Notes: generated by a model from the letters alone, not told the origin. Numbered from the stretch's first letter, positions 1 through 10,091 are shown. The stretch: DNA of 64,000 bases from an uncultured virus (IMG/VR IMGVR_UViG_3300046692_000581) (IMGVR_UViG_3300046692_000581); one strand, 5' to 3'. Translations and numbers: made by a program.

Positions 1-594
1 ACAAGTTCTCAAAGAGATATCGGTCACATGTGGGAGATAGATCAGTTTTTTAGAAAAAAGCGCATCAAATTGTTCGTTTTTATTGATTATGGCAGGCACA
101 TAAGTGACGAACGGAAGTTTGAGTAAGTCATTCAGGTGATCGAACAACTCTTCGCTGCTTCTCAGGGCCGCTGGGGGGATGACGGATATGACCCAGGAGG
201 CAAACTCTTTGTGAAGATTTCCGAGGTCATCGATGAGCAACTCAGCTAATTGAACGGATTGAATGGCGTCGATTTGCTCTTGGGTAATGCCCGGAGCGTG
301 CAGCTGGATTAGGTAGGAGATTTCGCCGACCATCAGCGTCACCATAATCTTTTCTTCGCTTGTTTGAACGATCCCTTCAATCGAAATGGGGCCCCGTTCA
401 ATTTGCGTATGGCTTAAGATGATGATTTGAAGTTGATTGCCATGCAGGCTGGCCAGTGTAAACGCGGTGCTGTACACGCGAGTGATCCTGTTCATGTCAT
501 GGATATATTCCAGCGACCATGAGCCTGCGTGATTAATGAGCTTTTCTGATTGATGTAACCATTCGCCATGAGGGATGGCTTCGATATCGAACAT
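1..594 (-). CDS. hypothetical protein, 3' end runs off window
   Basis: Manual translation: ATG at 594 (MFDIEAIPHGEW...) open for 198 codons to the window edge; AGGT SD upstream; absent from ORF track because truncated. Confidence 0.75.
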   Translation of the reverse strand, partial: MFDIEAIPHGEWLHQSEKLINHAGSWSLEYIHDMNRITRVYSTAFTLASLHGNQLQIIILSHTQIERGPISIEGIVQTSEEKIMVTLMVGEISYLIQLHAPGITQEQIDAIQSVQLAELLIDDLGNLHKEFASWVISVIPPAALRSSEELFDHLNDLLKLPFVTYVPAIINKNEQFDALFSKKLIYLPHVTDISLRTC

Positions 595-697
595 AAACTA
601 CCTATTTTATTGTTATATCTTTAAGGTAAGTTTACATCAACGCTTGGGTATTTCCAATGACAAAGAAAAGGCGCTACGAATAGCGCCTTTTAACTTA

Positions 698-1483
698 TCA
701 AGTTCTTCGCATGAATGGCACGACTTTGCCGGTGGCGTACATTCGTTGCTGCTCAATACGCTGTAGGTAGTCTTTTTCACGAAGATCAATGGCGTCAATC
801 TGGCACTTGAGATAGCTCACGGCCCTGGAGACTTTGGATTCACCAAAGATTGGGCAAAGTGCATTCAGTCGATCAAGTGTTTTTTGGCAGGCAACTTTAA
901 CGCTGGCCATGGTTGAAACAACGTTTCTCATGGCATCACGAAGTGAATAGCCATTGAAGTAGAGTTCTTCATCAGATCGAATGCCCAGGCCTGTCAGGAA
1001 CTCTTTCACGTCGTCTTGCGTCGTTTCTGGATGACCGAATACTTGTGACAATGGACGGATTGCTTCATTTGGATCGCGCTTTGGCAGGGCGTCCAGAGAT
1101 GGGTCTTTTCGCAGGAGGAAAACGTTTGCGTTTCCAGCGACTAGAGAGCGCTTCTCGGCAATTGTCTTAGCATATTGAGCTTCTAGATGGCTCGTATGCT
1201 TATTGACCTCTTGGAGGCCTTCAAGAGCGACTTTGGCGAAGTGGCAATCGTCCGCCCGGACGGCCAGTTCTTCTACGCAGGAGTCGGTATAGTCACGAAT
1301 GATGAAAACGTCGCCAACTTGCTCGAAGATGGTGTCGATATTCTTCAAACCGTCAATTTTCGTTATGTCCAAACCGGTGACAATTCCAATTCCAGTCAGA
1401 AATTGAAGGGTGCCCTTCTCCGATGTGTCATAACCGGCTTTCGCCATTTCATCTACTGTGTTGGCCCTAGCTGCACAATTCAA
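698..1483 (-). CDS. hypothetical protein with internal repeat
   Basis: 261-aa ORF; FLTG(I/L)GI motif occurs twice; start uncertain. Confidence 0.65.
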   Translation of the reverse strand: MNCAARANTVDEMAKAGYDTSEKGTLQFLTGIGIVTGLDITKIDGLKNIDTIFEQVGDVFIIRDYTDSCVEELAVRADDCHFAKVALEGLQEVNKHTSHLEAQYAKTIAEKRSLVAGNANVFLLRKDPSLDALPKRDPNEAIRPLSQVFGHPETTQDDVKEFLTGLGIRSDEELYFNGYSLRDAMRNVVSTMASVKVACQKTLDRLNALCPIFGESKVSRAVSYLKCQIDAIDLREKDYLQRIEQQRMYATGKVVPFMRRT

Positions 1484-2043
1484 TGTTTAATCCCTCGAAC
1501 AACAAACCGGCTCAATGCCGTAGTGCCTGTTGCGCGCAAGCTCAAGTCCTCCCCAGGACTGGATGGGTTTAGCATCCGGCAAGCAGCGTGACAGCATTTC
1601 GCAGATAGGTGCTGTAATCCTTGAACTCCATGCCCTACCTACGTCTACTTCCTATGTTTCGTTACGGGAAGATGATACTGACAAGAATCTGAAGTGTCAA
1701 TTAAAAGTACGTCAAAAAGTTATTTTGACACGACGGTACATAACCCCTGCTAAATTATGGTCATTGAGCGTGAAAGGTCTTGTAATCGTGCAATTTGCCT
1801 TGTCATGTGACGTCAACCGTGCATTTTGCAATTGAGGTTTCCCGTAGATAGGAAGTCTGCGCCAGCTTTACGTCCGTCAATTCAATGGCGCTCCTCTAAT
1901 AAAAAAACCTATACAAGCATGCTGAGTTTGTACTGCTTTTCTTAAGATGACACTTGAAGGCGGTGGATTGCCCCCCTCCGTTTGTGCCAGCTCAAGAAAC
2001 ACAGTATAATAATAAGAAAGAAACCTGAGGGAGATTACCTGGG

Positions 2044-2685
2044 ATGGGTATTATTTACGCAATAAAAGGCCGGTCTAAGGATGGCGTCGATATTCAGTTA
2101 GCGACATTCGACAATAATAAAGAAGGTGCCAAGGGCTTCTCTGGGAAATTGACGATTGGTCAGGATCCCAGCAGAATGTGTACGGTTTATTACAACGAGA
2201 CGGCTGATGGTTCCGTCATTGGAAATATTTATGGTCCAATTCCCAAGAAGGATGAAAGTGGCAAGCCAATTCTGAACATCGTTGATGGTCAGGAGCGCTA
2301 TGACTGGATGACCTACACAGACCGCCAGTCAGGAAAGGAGCGTTGGGTGGAGGCTCCATTAGGCACCATTGGTGTCAAACAAGGTAAGGAGTCTGGTGCG
2401 AACTACATTTTCGCGAAATTATATCATGAGGAAGCATTGCTCCCTATGGCTCGCTTGAAGTATGAAATCAGTAACGTGCCTGAGACCAAGGATGAAGCCC
2501 TGGTAAACCTGAACAAGCTTCAGTCGGAACACGGCAATTCAATGCTGCTGAGCTTGTTCCCTGCCAGTCCTATTGCAGCCAAGAAGCTTGAAACCGTGTT
2601 CAAAAAGGAATTTAAGTTCACGCCACAACCTTCGTCGGCTCCAAAAGCGGACAGAAATCAGTCGTCCTCGTCTCCTTCGCCTTAA
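2044..2685 (+). CDS. hypothetical, possibly DUF736-like nucleic-acid-binding protein
   Basis: SD GAGGGAG, TATAAT upstream; EAPLGTIGVKQGKESGANYIFAKL resembles DUF736 motif; Ser/Pro tail. Confidence 0.5.
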   Translation: MGIIYAIKGRSKDGVDIQLATFDNNKEGAKGFSGKLTIGQDPSRMCTVYYNETADGSVIGNIYGPIPKKDESGKPILNIVDGQERYDWMTYTDRQSGKERWVEAPLGTIGVKQGKESGANYIFAKLYHEEALLPMARLKYEISNVPETKDEALVNLNKLQSEHGNSMLLSLFPASPIAAKKLETVFKKEFKFTPQPSSAPKADRNQSSSSPSP

Positions 2686-2698
2686 TCGGGTGATTTCA

Positions 2699-2737
2699 GG
2701 CAAACAAAAGCCCGGTTAGCCGGGTTTTGTTTTGTCT
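2699..2737. terminator. intrinsic terminator between convergent units
   Basis: aaaagcccgg-ttag-ccgggttttgtttt hairpin. Confidence 0.8.
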
Positions 2738-2742
2738 GTGTT

Positions 2743-2969
2743 TTATGCAACCTTTTCTGGTGAGAGCAGCAGGTTCTGGTCGACATCACTGATTGTTGTC
2801 ATGGAAGAATCTGTGGGTGAGCCAGAATCAAAGCTGGCAATGCCTTGAATCAGCAAATCGAGGCGTTGGTTGCTGCTTGGCTCGACATCCAGGCGGCGTA
2901 GGTTGGCAATGAAGCTATATCAGCTGCGCTGATGACCTGCCCATCGTTTAGCTCGAATGCCTCCTCCCT
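2743..2969 (-). pseudogene. frameshifted remnant of RTX/T1SS-substrate C-terminus
   Basis: One frame reads EEAFELNDGQVISAADIASL, an adjacent frame reads NQRLDLLIQGIASFDSGS...EKVA*; both typical of RTX protein ends; no start. Confidence 0.6.
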
Positions 2970-3195
2970 TATTTGAGGGTTGTTCCAGTTTGTGAATGTG
3001 ATTAAAAATTGCACAAACCGCAAAGGAAATAGCTAGGATATGCAATTTGTTCCCGGTGAAATATTTTTCTTCTGTCATCTGCAAGCCTACATGAAATCTA
3101 TAAATTAACGTCAAGCCATGGACTTGAGTTGGTTGCTTAACACGGGCACTATTGTAGGTGCCCGTAGATTGCGGTCATGCTATTGATTAAACTCA

Positions 3196-4110
3196 CTAAA
3201 TATCTGTCTTCAAGTCCTTGTTTGTGAAATCTTTATCAATCAATTGCACAGTACTAACTGTTTCACTTCTAGTGAAAAAATCCATGACCGTGATTTTATC
3301 TTTCGTGCCATAACTGATGATCAAATTGTTTTTGTCTTTGTCGACGCCTCTTTTAATCGACACATTTTTTTCTACATCGTTGATGCTGATTGAGTCTTTG
3401 CTGCTGCTGGAGATAATAATGTCCTGGCCATCACCAGCTTTGAAATTGTAGGTATTGCTTCCAGCGTCTCCAGACAGGAAGTCATTGCCTTGGCCACCGT
3501 CAATGACGTCATCGCCCTCTCCGCCCTGGATTGAATCGTTTCCAGCATCCCCGTAGATTGTGTCAGCGCCTGAACCGCCGACGAGAATGTCATTTCCATC
3601 TCCACCGTGCAGCGTGTCATCCCCGGATCCGGCAACCACATGGTCATCATACGCACTCAGCAAGTAGCTTTTGCTCAATGATGAGCTGTCGCTAATAGAT
3701 GCTTGGCTGTCGATATGCATGTTACTAATGTTGTGTTTACTCAAATAATCGATTGCATCCTGAATGGACGTAAGATTATGCTCGGGCGAAATATTGTACG
3801 CAATCGGGCCTCCATCTTTACCGCCTTGATCGTAATGAGCCGTCAAAGAGACTTGTAACGTGTATTTTTCATCAGGCTTGGATGAGACAATTATTGTTTG
3901 GCCTGTGGTTGGAAGAGAACTTATGTTGGTGGAAGTAATTGAGTCAGTGGTTTCCTTGGCTGTTACTACGCTGGTATTTGGAACGGACGGAGCTGCGACA
4001 GCCGAGGTAACATCAGGAGTGGTTGGAGTGACTGGCTGTGGAGCGTAGAATACATAGATTGCAGCTATGGCAACCGCCAATATGGCTAACGGAAAGATCT
4101 TATTTTTCAT
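3196..4110 (-). CDS. RTX-repeat calcium-binding protein with N-terminal hydrophobic segment
   Basis: Seven GGxGxDxxx-type nonapeptides (AGSGDDTLH...GDAGSNTYN); N-terminal MKNKIFPLAILAVAIAAIYVFY. Confidence 0.85.
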   Translation of the reverse strand: MKNKIFPLAILAVAIAAIYVFYAPQPVTPTTPDVTSAVAAPSVPNTSVVTAKETTDSITSTNISSLPTTGQTIIVSSKPDEKYTLQVSLTAHYDQGGKDGGPIAYNISPEHNLTSIQDAIDYLSKHNISNMHIDSQASISDSSSLSKSYLLSAYDDHVVAGSGDDTLHGGDGNDILVGGSGADTIYGDAGNDSIQGGEGDDVIDGGQGNDFLSGDAGSNTYNFKAGDGQDIIISSSSKDSISINDVEKNVSIKRGVDKDKNNLIISYGTKDKITVMDFFTRSETVSTVQLIDKDFTNKDLKTDI

Positions 4111-4395
4111 TTAGGTAGACTCATTTTAATAGATATGAACAATGTTGGGGAAAATCATTGAATGCCAGAATTTTTACGATCAGGCGGCGCCAGTTGTTAT
4201 TTTTAAAATAATATCATATTGATTGCAGTATTTTAGTCTTTTGGCGCTTTGTTGTCGAAATCTTCGAGTCATCATTCGCTGCCACCGATAGGGATTTGCT
4301 TGGCAATGCTACCTGACATGATGAGCTGGCGAGCCACCTCTCTTACTCCAAGTAGACATTATTTTTGGTGTCTCTTTGCACTCAGCGAGAAAATG

Positions 4396-4423
4396 AAAAA
4401 AACCCGGCACATGGCCGGGTTTT
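4396..4423 (-). terminator. intrinsic terminator after recA
   Basis: aaaacccggc-catgt-gccgggttttttt on minus strand. Confidence 0.8.
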
Positions 4424-4440
4424 GATGCTGCGTAGTGTCT

Positions 4441-6006
4441 TTACGCTGCCGCCGCAGTTTCACTTTCCTGAATCTTGCGCAGGATCGTTGCTTTCAATGC
4501 CGGATCGTTTTCAATCACGGTGCGGGCGTTTTCCTTGCCCTTTCCAGGGAGCGACTTGCCTTCGTACATGGTGAAGGCGCGCTTCTGCTCCAGGATGTTG
4601 TGCCAGAAGGCCAGTTCAAACCAATTGTCGGCATCAGGCTTTGGCCCACGATCCTTTGGCACCACGATTTCTGGCTCAGACGGCGTGGTGGCCACCGGGC
4701 GCACAGCGCTCACGGCAGTGACGGGTGATTCAGAGCGAAAGGCTGGCTCATCCGGCACAGGTTTGCTGTGCGAGGCGTTCAATACGTTGGCTGTCGCCCG
4801 TGTAATGCTGTTCGCCTCTTCCTCGAATGGATCCTCTTCCACATCCGCAAAAGAATTCTCCGCGCCGTGTGTGTAGCTGTCTTCAAGCGCGGGCTCTGGC
4901 TTGCGCACTGGCGTCGGAACCTGTGCCGCAGGAATGAACACTTCGGGCTCAATGGTGCGGGCCATCAGAGCATTGGACACTTCTTTCGGCTTGAACTCTT
5001 CGACCTTCTCAGCCTGAACATCCAGCAGTTTGACGCGAAGCTTCTTGTAGATCTCATCAAAGATCTCTGGATTTTCCATCAGGAATTTTTGCGAGTTTGC
5101 CTTGCCCTGACCGATCTTGTTGCCGTTGTAGGCGTACCATGCGCCAGATTTTTCGATCAGGCCGTTGGCAACGCCCAGGTCAACAACCTCGCCGGAAAGG
5201 TCGATGCCTTTGCCGTAGATGATTTGGAATTCAGCCTGTTTGAATGGAGCGGCCACTTTGTTCTTGATGACCTTGACCCGTGTTTCGCTACCAACGACTT
5301 CATCGCCCACTTTGACCGCGCCAGTACGGCGGATATCAAGGCGAACGGAGGCATAGAATTTTAGTGCGTTACCACCTGTGGTGGTCTCAGGACTGCCAAA
5401 CATCACGCCGATTTTCATGCGGATCTGGTTGATGAAGATCACCAAGCAGTTAGCATTCTTGATGTTACCTGTTATTTTTCGCAGTGCCTGGGACATCAGG
5501 CGTGCTTGCAGGCCGACGTGCATATCGCCCATTTCGCCTTCAATCTCTGCTTTTGGCACGAGAGCTGCGACAGAATCGACAATCACAATATCGACAGCAT
5601 TTGAGCGAACAAGCATATCGGTGATTTCGAGTGCTTGCTCACCGGTATCTGGTTGAGATACCAGAAGATCATCGACTTTAACGCCAAGTTTGGCGGCGTA
5701 TTCAACATCAAGGGCATGCTCAGCGTCGACAAAGGCGCAGGTTGCCCCCATTTTTTGAGCTTGAGCAATCACAGAAAGGGTTAGTGTCGTTTTGCCACTA
5801 GACTCAGGGCCGAAAATTTCAACGATTCGACCGCGTGGAAGTCCGCCAATTCCGAGAGCGACGTCCAGGCCCAAAGACCCTGTCGAAATCGACGGGATTT
5901 TTTCGCGCTGTTGGTCGCCCATGCGCATCACTGCGCCTTTGCCAAACTGGCGTTCAATTTGACTCAGAGCGCTCGCAAGCGCCTTTTGTTTGTTGTCATC
6001 GCTCAT
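4441..6006 (-). CDS. recA: RecA recombinase with ~170-aa C-terminal extension
   Basis: GPESSGKTT Walker [28 protein letters not shown]; Pseudomonas-like core; GGAG SD before ATG 6006. Confidence 0.97.
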   Translation of the reverse strand: MSDDNKQKALASALSQIERQFGKGAVMRMGDQQREKIPSISTGSLGLDVALGIGGLPRGRIVEIFGPESSGKTTLTLSVIAQAQKMGATCAFVDAEHALDVEYAAKLGVKVDDLLVSQPDTGEQALEITDMLVRSNAVDIVIVDSVAALVPKAEIEGEMGDMHVGLQARLMSQALRKITGNIKNANCLVIFINQIRMKIGVMFGSPETTTGGNALKFYASVRLDIRRTGAVKVGDEVVGSETRVKVIKNKVAAPFKQAEFQIIYGKGIDLSGEVVDLGVANGLIEKSGAWYAYNGNKIGQGKANSQKFLMENPEIFDEIYKKLRVKLLDVQAEKVEEFKPKEVSNALMARTIEPEVFIPAAQVPTPVRKPEPALEDSYTHGAENSFADVEEDPFEEEANSITRATANVLNASHSKPVPDEPAFRSESPVTAVSAVRPVATTPSEPEIVVPKDRGPKPDADNWFELAFWHNILEQKRAFTMYEGKSLPGKGKENARTVIENDPALKATILRKIQESETAAAA

Positions 6007-6042
6007 ATGAAGCTCCACACGGAATTACTGGGATTTGGTGTT

Positions 6043-6070
6043 AATATAGCGCGTATAATAAAAATGTCAA
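6043..6070 (-). promoter_or_regulatory. sigma70 promoter of recA
   Basis: TTGACA-N16-TATATT; no CTG-N10-CAG LexA box seen nearby. Confidence 0.7.
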
Positions 6071-6199
6071 TAGCAAAAACATTATTACGCCGTAGTTGTA
6101 CACCGCTATTTTTCGATAGGCAGATTTTGGTCAAATCATATCGTTACAAAGCGCCGTGGTACATTCAGACTTATTATTGCCTGAATGTGCTCGCCAATT

Positions 6200-6460
6200 T
6201 TAAGGTCTTGGTGATCCCTGACATCTCGCGCATGATATGTCATCAATGACGTATCCGAGACGGCGTCGTGGTCGACCGGCCTCGTACTGGCCATCGGGAT
6301 GTCTCATCACGACGTACAGGGTATCGCCCTCAAATGGAATCTCGACGTAGATGTCATCGTTGATCTGCACCCATCCAGGCTGTTCAGCGGTTGGCTCGAT
6401 CACGTCAACGGAAGAGACTTTTCTCGCGGCCAATTTATCCGCTACGGTTTGTGCATGCAT
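6200..6460 (-). CDS. hypothetical protein
   Basis: 86-aa ORF, GAGG SD, co-oriented with neighbours. Confidence 0.6.
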   Translation of the reverse strand: MHAQTVADKLAARKVSSVDVIEPTAEQPGWVQINDDIYVEIPFEGDTLYVVMRHPDGQYEAGRPRRRLGYVIDDISCARCQGSPRP

Positions 6461-6554
6461 GCCATGACCTCATAATTTGGATGAGCATCAAGCACAATGC
6501 ATTGACCTCTCTCGATGGGGCTGCATCTTAGGCACCACTTCCATTGGCGTCAAT

Positions 6555-6920
6555 TCATGTGGCTTTAAGGCAGCTTTGCTGGATGCTTTTATACAATTCG
6601 CTCAGATGATGGCGCGCTATCTCTTCAGATTGCCCTGTCTGGTCAGAGATGAGTCGAGCTATATCGGAGCAGCGGCGGTCTTTTAGCAGGCCAATTGGCA
6701 GCAGATGCATTTCTGACGCATCAACATCATCCTGATGCACGCCCTTAGCAATGAGCGCTTTGACTTCATCCTGAGCCTCTCCGGGCGTTAGAAAGAGATT
6801 AATGCCATCGTAGTAGTGTCCATTATTGAGCGTTAGATTGGTCAGTTTGAAGGAGCGCAAGCCCAAGCCCAGATCCGCGAATTCGATGGCGTATAGCTTA
6901 ATCGCTTGCTGCATGTGCAT
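6555..6920 (-). CDS. hypothetical protein
   Basis: 121-aa ORF, GGAGG SD. Confidence 0.7.
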   Translation of the reverse strand: MHMQQAIKLYAIEFADLGLGLRSFKLTNLTLNNGHYYDGINLFLTPGEAQDEVKALIAKGVHQDDVDASEMHLLPIGLLKDRRCSDIARLISDQTGQSEEIARHHLSELYKSIQQSCLKAT

Positions 6921-6938
6921 TCCTCCAGTGAAGGTGAT

Positions 6939-7340
6939 TTAGGTGGCCGAATCGTTGCGATGCTTGGCGATATCTTTCCAGGCACCCAGCGCCTCATCAA
7001 TGTTTCCTTGTCCATCAGCTGCCGATGCGATACTCAGTAGCGCGCTCAATTCAGCTTTGCTGATCAAGGTCAGGCCTGTTTCGGTCATTACTTCATTGAT
7101 GGCGGCTTTAATCTGACCTTCGATCCCAGCAGCGTCAATGCGCAAGGATTCTGCGCCTTTGTTTGCTGCCCCAACCGACATGCCAAAAAATGCCTTTCCG
7201 AGATTCCCAACGGTACTGGATAGGCCTTCGGAGGCCGCATCAATCGTAGCGCTTACAAGGCGTTTTGAAAGACTCGTCGTAAAACGGTCAATGGCGATAT
7301 CCGCTAGAAAATCCAGAGCCATAATGGCTGCAACAATCAT
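6939..7340 (-). CDS. hypothetical protein
   Basis: 133-aa ORF, AAGGA SD. Confidence 0.65.
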   Translation of the reverse strand: MIVAAIMALDFLADIAIDRFTTSLSKRLVSATIDAASEGLSSTVGNLGKAFFGMSVGAANKGAESLRIDAAGIEGQIKAAINEVMTETGLTLISKAELSALLSIASAADGQGNIDEALGAWKDIAKHRNDSAT

Positions 7341-7367
7341 ACGTTTTCCTTTTTATTGGTAAATGGG

Positions 7368-7559
7368 TTACCGAGCATTGGTTTCTTTCTTGAGCCTTTT
7401 GTTGCCTTCAATAGCGCCGCAAGTTCGACACTTCTGTCCCGGATAAACCGCATCACGGTCACAGTTTCCGCAATAGAAAGATCCGCCGCTTTTGGGGGCC
7501 CTTGCTGTTTGCCTGTTCGTTCTTTGAAACTGGAAGTCTTCGTATTTTTCAGTATCCAT
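7368..7559 (-). CDS. small zinc-ribbon protein
   Basis: CGNC...CRTC; ATG 1 nt after upstream stop. Confidence 0.6.
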   Translation of the reverse strand: MDTEKYEDFQFQRTNRQTARAPKSGGSFYCGNCDRDAVYPGQKCRTCGAIEGNKRLKKETNAR

Positions 7560-7560
7560 T

Positions 7561-7872
7561 TCAGCCCTCGGCACTGCGCTCGCATCGCGTTTTTTCACAC
7601 TCTTCGCACCACCTCTCATTCAGGTGAGATACAACGCCCCAGGCACTCAGTGGAATGGAGGTTTGCATGGTGCGGGCGCCGCAAATGGCCCCAGCCTTAC
7701 CGATCTGCTGGAGGTGGTAGTGATGATGGCCACCAACGCCCTCAGAGATGCGATACGGCGCTACATTGACTGCAAGTGCTGCGGTTGCCTGCGTCGATTT
7801 GTTGCCGCTCAGAAGCGCCAGCAGTGCCTTTATCATGTGATGTTCGTCCCTTCGAATTCTTGATTGATTCAC
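7561..7872 (-). CDS. hypothetical His/Cys-containing protein
   Basis: HHHYH...ICG...WCEEC; start uncertain. Confidence 0.55.
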   Translation of the reverse strand: MNQSRIRRDEHHMIKALLALLSGNKSTQATAALAVNVAPYRISEGVGGHHHYHLQQIGKAGAICGARTMQTSIPLSAWGVVSHLNERWCEECEKTRCERSAEG

Positions 7873-7905
7873 GCTGTAAATTACGTCGATTGCTGTGTGT
7901 CTGTC

Positions 7906-8460
7906 TTATTCCGACAGGTAGTGCACAGGCACCGCGTCCACCAGCCAAACGCCATTTTCGGACTGATAAAATGCATGACCATCTTTAAGCATGCGTGCCG
8001 CATCCACCTTAAAAATCACAGGCTCTTTGTGGCGGCGTTTGCCCACATCAATGGCCGTCTCCAAATTGTCAGAGAGGTGGACGTGGTGACGTTTCTGCTT
8101 TTGCAGGCCTTGCTTGACGATTGAGGCCTTGAAAGCAGGCGTTGTTCCGTGAAAAAGAATCACGGGCGGCACTTTGCGTTGATGTTTGATCTCAATCTTG
8201 CCGTTGGAATGCCCTTGGGCGGCTCGAATGCTTTGGCCGTCGTCAGAGAAGCTGTAGCGACCTTTGGTGTCGGTGGCGACGATGTGCTTGAGCTTGTCCA
8301 GGTCGAGCATCGGCCATTGGATCTGACTTTTCTCTAGCAGTTGATCGACCCGCGCCCACCCGGACTTGTCCAATTCCAGGCCGATATTGTCTGGCCTGTG
8401 GCGAAGCACATAGCAAAGGAATTTGCTGAGAGTTTGGTCCGAAGGAGGTGTAGACATCAA
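7906..8460 (-). CDS. kptA: RNA 2'-phosphotransferase KptA/Tpt1 family
   Basis: LSKFLCYVLRH, IRAAQGHS, LFHGT, RHHVHLS, SENGVWL motifs. Confidence 0.93.
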   Translation of the reverse strand: MMSTPPSDQTLSKFLCYVLRHRPDNIGLELDKSGWARVDQLLEKSQIQWPMLDLDKLKHIVATDTKGRYSFSDDGQSIRAAQGHSNGKIEIKHQRKVPPVILFHGTTPAFKASIVKQGLQKQKRHHVHLSDNLETAIDVGKRRHKEPVIFKVDAARMLKDGHAFYQSENGVWLVDAVPVHYLSE

Positions 8461-8486
8461 CTGGATACCTGAGGCCGACAGGCCTG

Positions 8487-8975
8487 TTAAAGACTATTGA
8501 GCAAGGGGTTGGGTAGCAACTCGGCATCCCACCGCATAATACGCCACATGAAATGGGTCAACTGAAGGAGTTCATGCACATTGCTTTCGACATCCAGCGT
8601 GTACAGGCTCCCCTTGTGAACAAAAATCTTGGTGTAGCCGTCAATACTTATAAGAGAATGGTTTGGCAGCACAATGATTTTATCAATGGCTTCTTGCGTG
8701 CTGATATTTCCCGTCAACAATCTTTTGTCTTCAAAAGCATTGAGGCGGTACGCAATCTCTTCGCAATATTTCTGCTTCTGCTCAAGGGAGCCAAAGTCAC
8801 CAAAGACTTTGATGGTCGCGTCATGGGTAAAGTCGTCGCTGTTAATGACGACATTGGGCTTCTCGACATTATCCTGTCCGGACAGCTGAACGGCTTTAAC
8901 CGTCCAGTGGACATTTTCTGAAATCTTATCGGTATGCGACATCTTCATTTCCAATGGGTGTGATGACCGCCACAA
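8487..8975 (-). CDS. hypothetical protein
   Basis: ORF between tdk and kptA; start probably near 8948. Confidence 0.6.
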   Translation of the reverse strand: MWRSSHPLEMKMSHTDKISENVHWTVKAVQLSGQDNVEKPNVVINSDDFTHDATIKVFGDFGSLEQKQKYCEEIAYRLNAFEDKRLLTGNISTQEAIDKIIVLPNHSLISIDGYTKIFVHKGSLYTLDVESNVHELLQLTHFMWRIMRWDAELLPNPLLNSL

Positions 8976-9002
8976 GTGGCGAAGGGTGCCAGTGGGGTCT
9001 TT

Positions 9003-9665
9003 CTACCCTGCCTTGGGCAAATCGACCACTTCGCTTGTATCAACCCGACGCAGAAAGGCGATGTCAGGCAGGCGCTTACTGCGTTGTGATTGAAGCCAGT
9101 GCTTGCGGCACAGGGCGGCGTAGCGGTCATTCCCGCCGACTTCGACCTGCACCCCTTCTGTCACGACATCGCCTTGCATGTCGCAGCGGGCGTTCATTGT
9201 TGCGACGGCGCCACAGAAGCACATCGAGTGCAGTTCAATGAGGTTGTCGCAATAGGACAGGAGGTATTTGCTACCTTCAAAAAGCTCGCCAAAGGCGTCA
9301 GTGCGCAAGCCATACGCATAAACAGTATGACCACCGAAGTCTGCCAACTCGGCCAGCTCAAGGACTTGGGATTTGGTCAAAAATTGAGCCTCGTCGATCA
9401 TAATGCAGGCCGTTTTGCCATTGGCCTTGATGTCATCTTTGATCAACTGGGCCAGGGAATCTTGTTCGGTGAAATTAATGCAGTAGCGGCTGAAGCCCAT
9501 CCGAGATTTCACCACATTGGGGCCATCTCGGGTGTCCTTCACAGATTTCAGTACCAACGGGCGCATGTTGCGCTCTTCGAAATTGTGGGCTTTTTGCAGC
9601 AAATCAAAGGATTTACCTGCATTCATGCTACCAAAATAGAAGTTGAAAACGCTGGTTACGCCCAT
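9003..9665 (-). CDS. tdk: thymidine kinase (type II)
   Basis: GSMNAGKS P-loop, IDEAQFL, YGLRTD, CFCG...LCRKHW zinc site. Confidence 0.95.
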   Translation of the reverse strand: MGVTSVFNFYFGSMNAGKSFDLLQKAHNFEERNMRPLVLKSVKDTRDGPNVVKSRMGFSRYCINFTEQDSLAQLIKDDIKANGKTACIMIDEAQFLTKSQVLELAELADFGGHTVYAYGLRTDAFGELFEGSKYLLSYCDNLIELHSMCFCGAVATMNARCDMQGDVVTEGVQVEVGGNDRYAALCRKHWLQSQRSKRLPDIAFLRRVDTSEVVDLPKAG

Positions 9666-9691
9666 TGGATAAGTCCTCTGTAGATGTGTAA

Positions 9692-9720
9692 ATTATATCC
9701 ACAGAACGGTGAATAGTCAA
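9692..9720 (-). promoter_or_regulatory. sigma70 promoter of tdk unit
   Basis: TTGACT-N17-TATAAT. Confidence 0.8.
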
Positions 9721-9874
9721 CCAAAATGACACCCAGCCATAATAAAAGATCAATATTATATATTTGCACGCCAACCCCCTTCTGCCTTTATAGGGTTGAG
9801 GGGGTGACTCAGTTCCCTGGATGCGTAGCATTTATTCGAAATGTGAGCGGCGTCATCCGTACTGTACGATACGC

Positions 9875-9895
9875 ATTACGTATTACGTATTACGT
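9875..9895. repeat. 3 x ATTACGT tandem repeat in TACG-rich intergenic region
   Basis: attacgt attacgt attacgt read directly. Confidence 0.85.
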
Positions 9896-10091
9896 GCCAT
9901 GATGTGCATTTAGCACTCGCGCTATGGATAGAACACTAATGAACACGGGGAGACTACGAGCGCACCGACGACACAGAAAGCTGCAACGTACGTGTACTAC
10001 CTCCGTAAAAGCATCTCAACAGAGTAAGAGAAATGAGTTTCAGGTGGGTTGGCTTACGTGCAGCAAAGACTGGATTGAGTTATTTTAACGA

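Noticed and set aside
4435..5768. Long antisense or alternative-frame ORFs over recA (likewise over tdk, GSP synthase, 33051-33656, 47539-48255)
   Set aside because: Shadows of codon bias in real genes; no recognisable domains.
4441..6006. Intein as the cause of the long RecA
   Set aside because: The core is uninterrupted; the extra sequence is C-terminal and lacks intein splice or LAGLIDADG motifs.
6018..6200. LexA SOS box upstream of recA
   Set aside because: No CTG-N10-CAG match found by eye.
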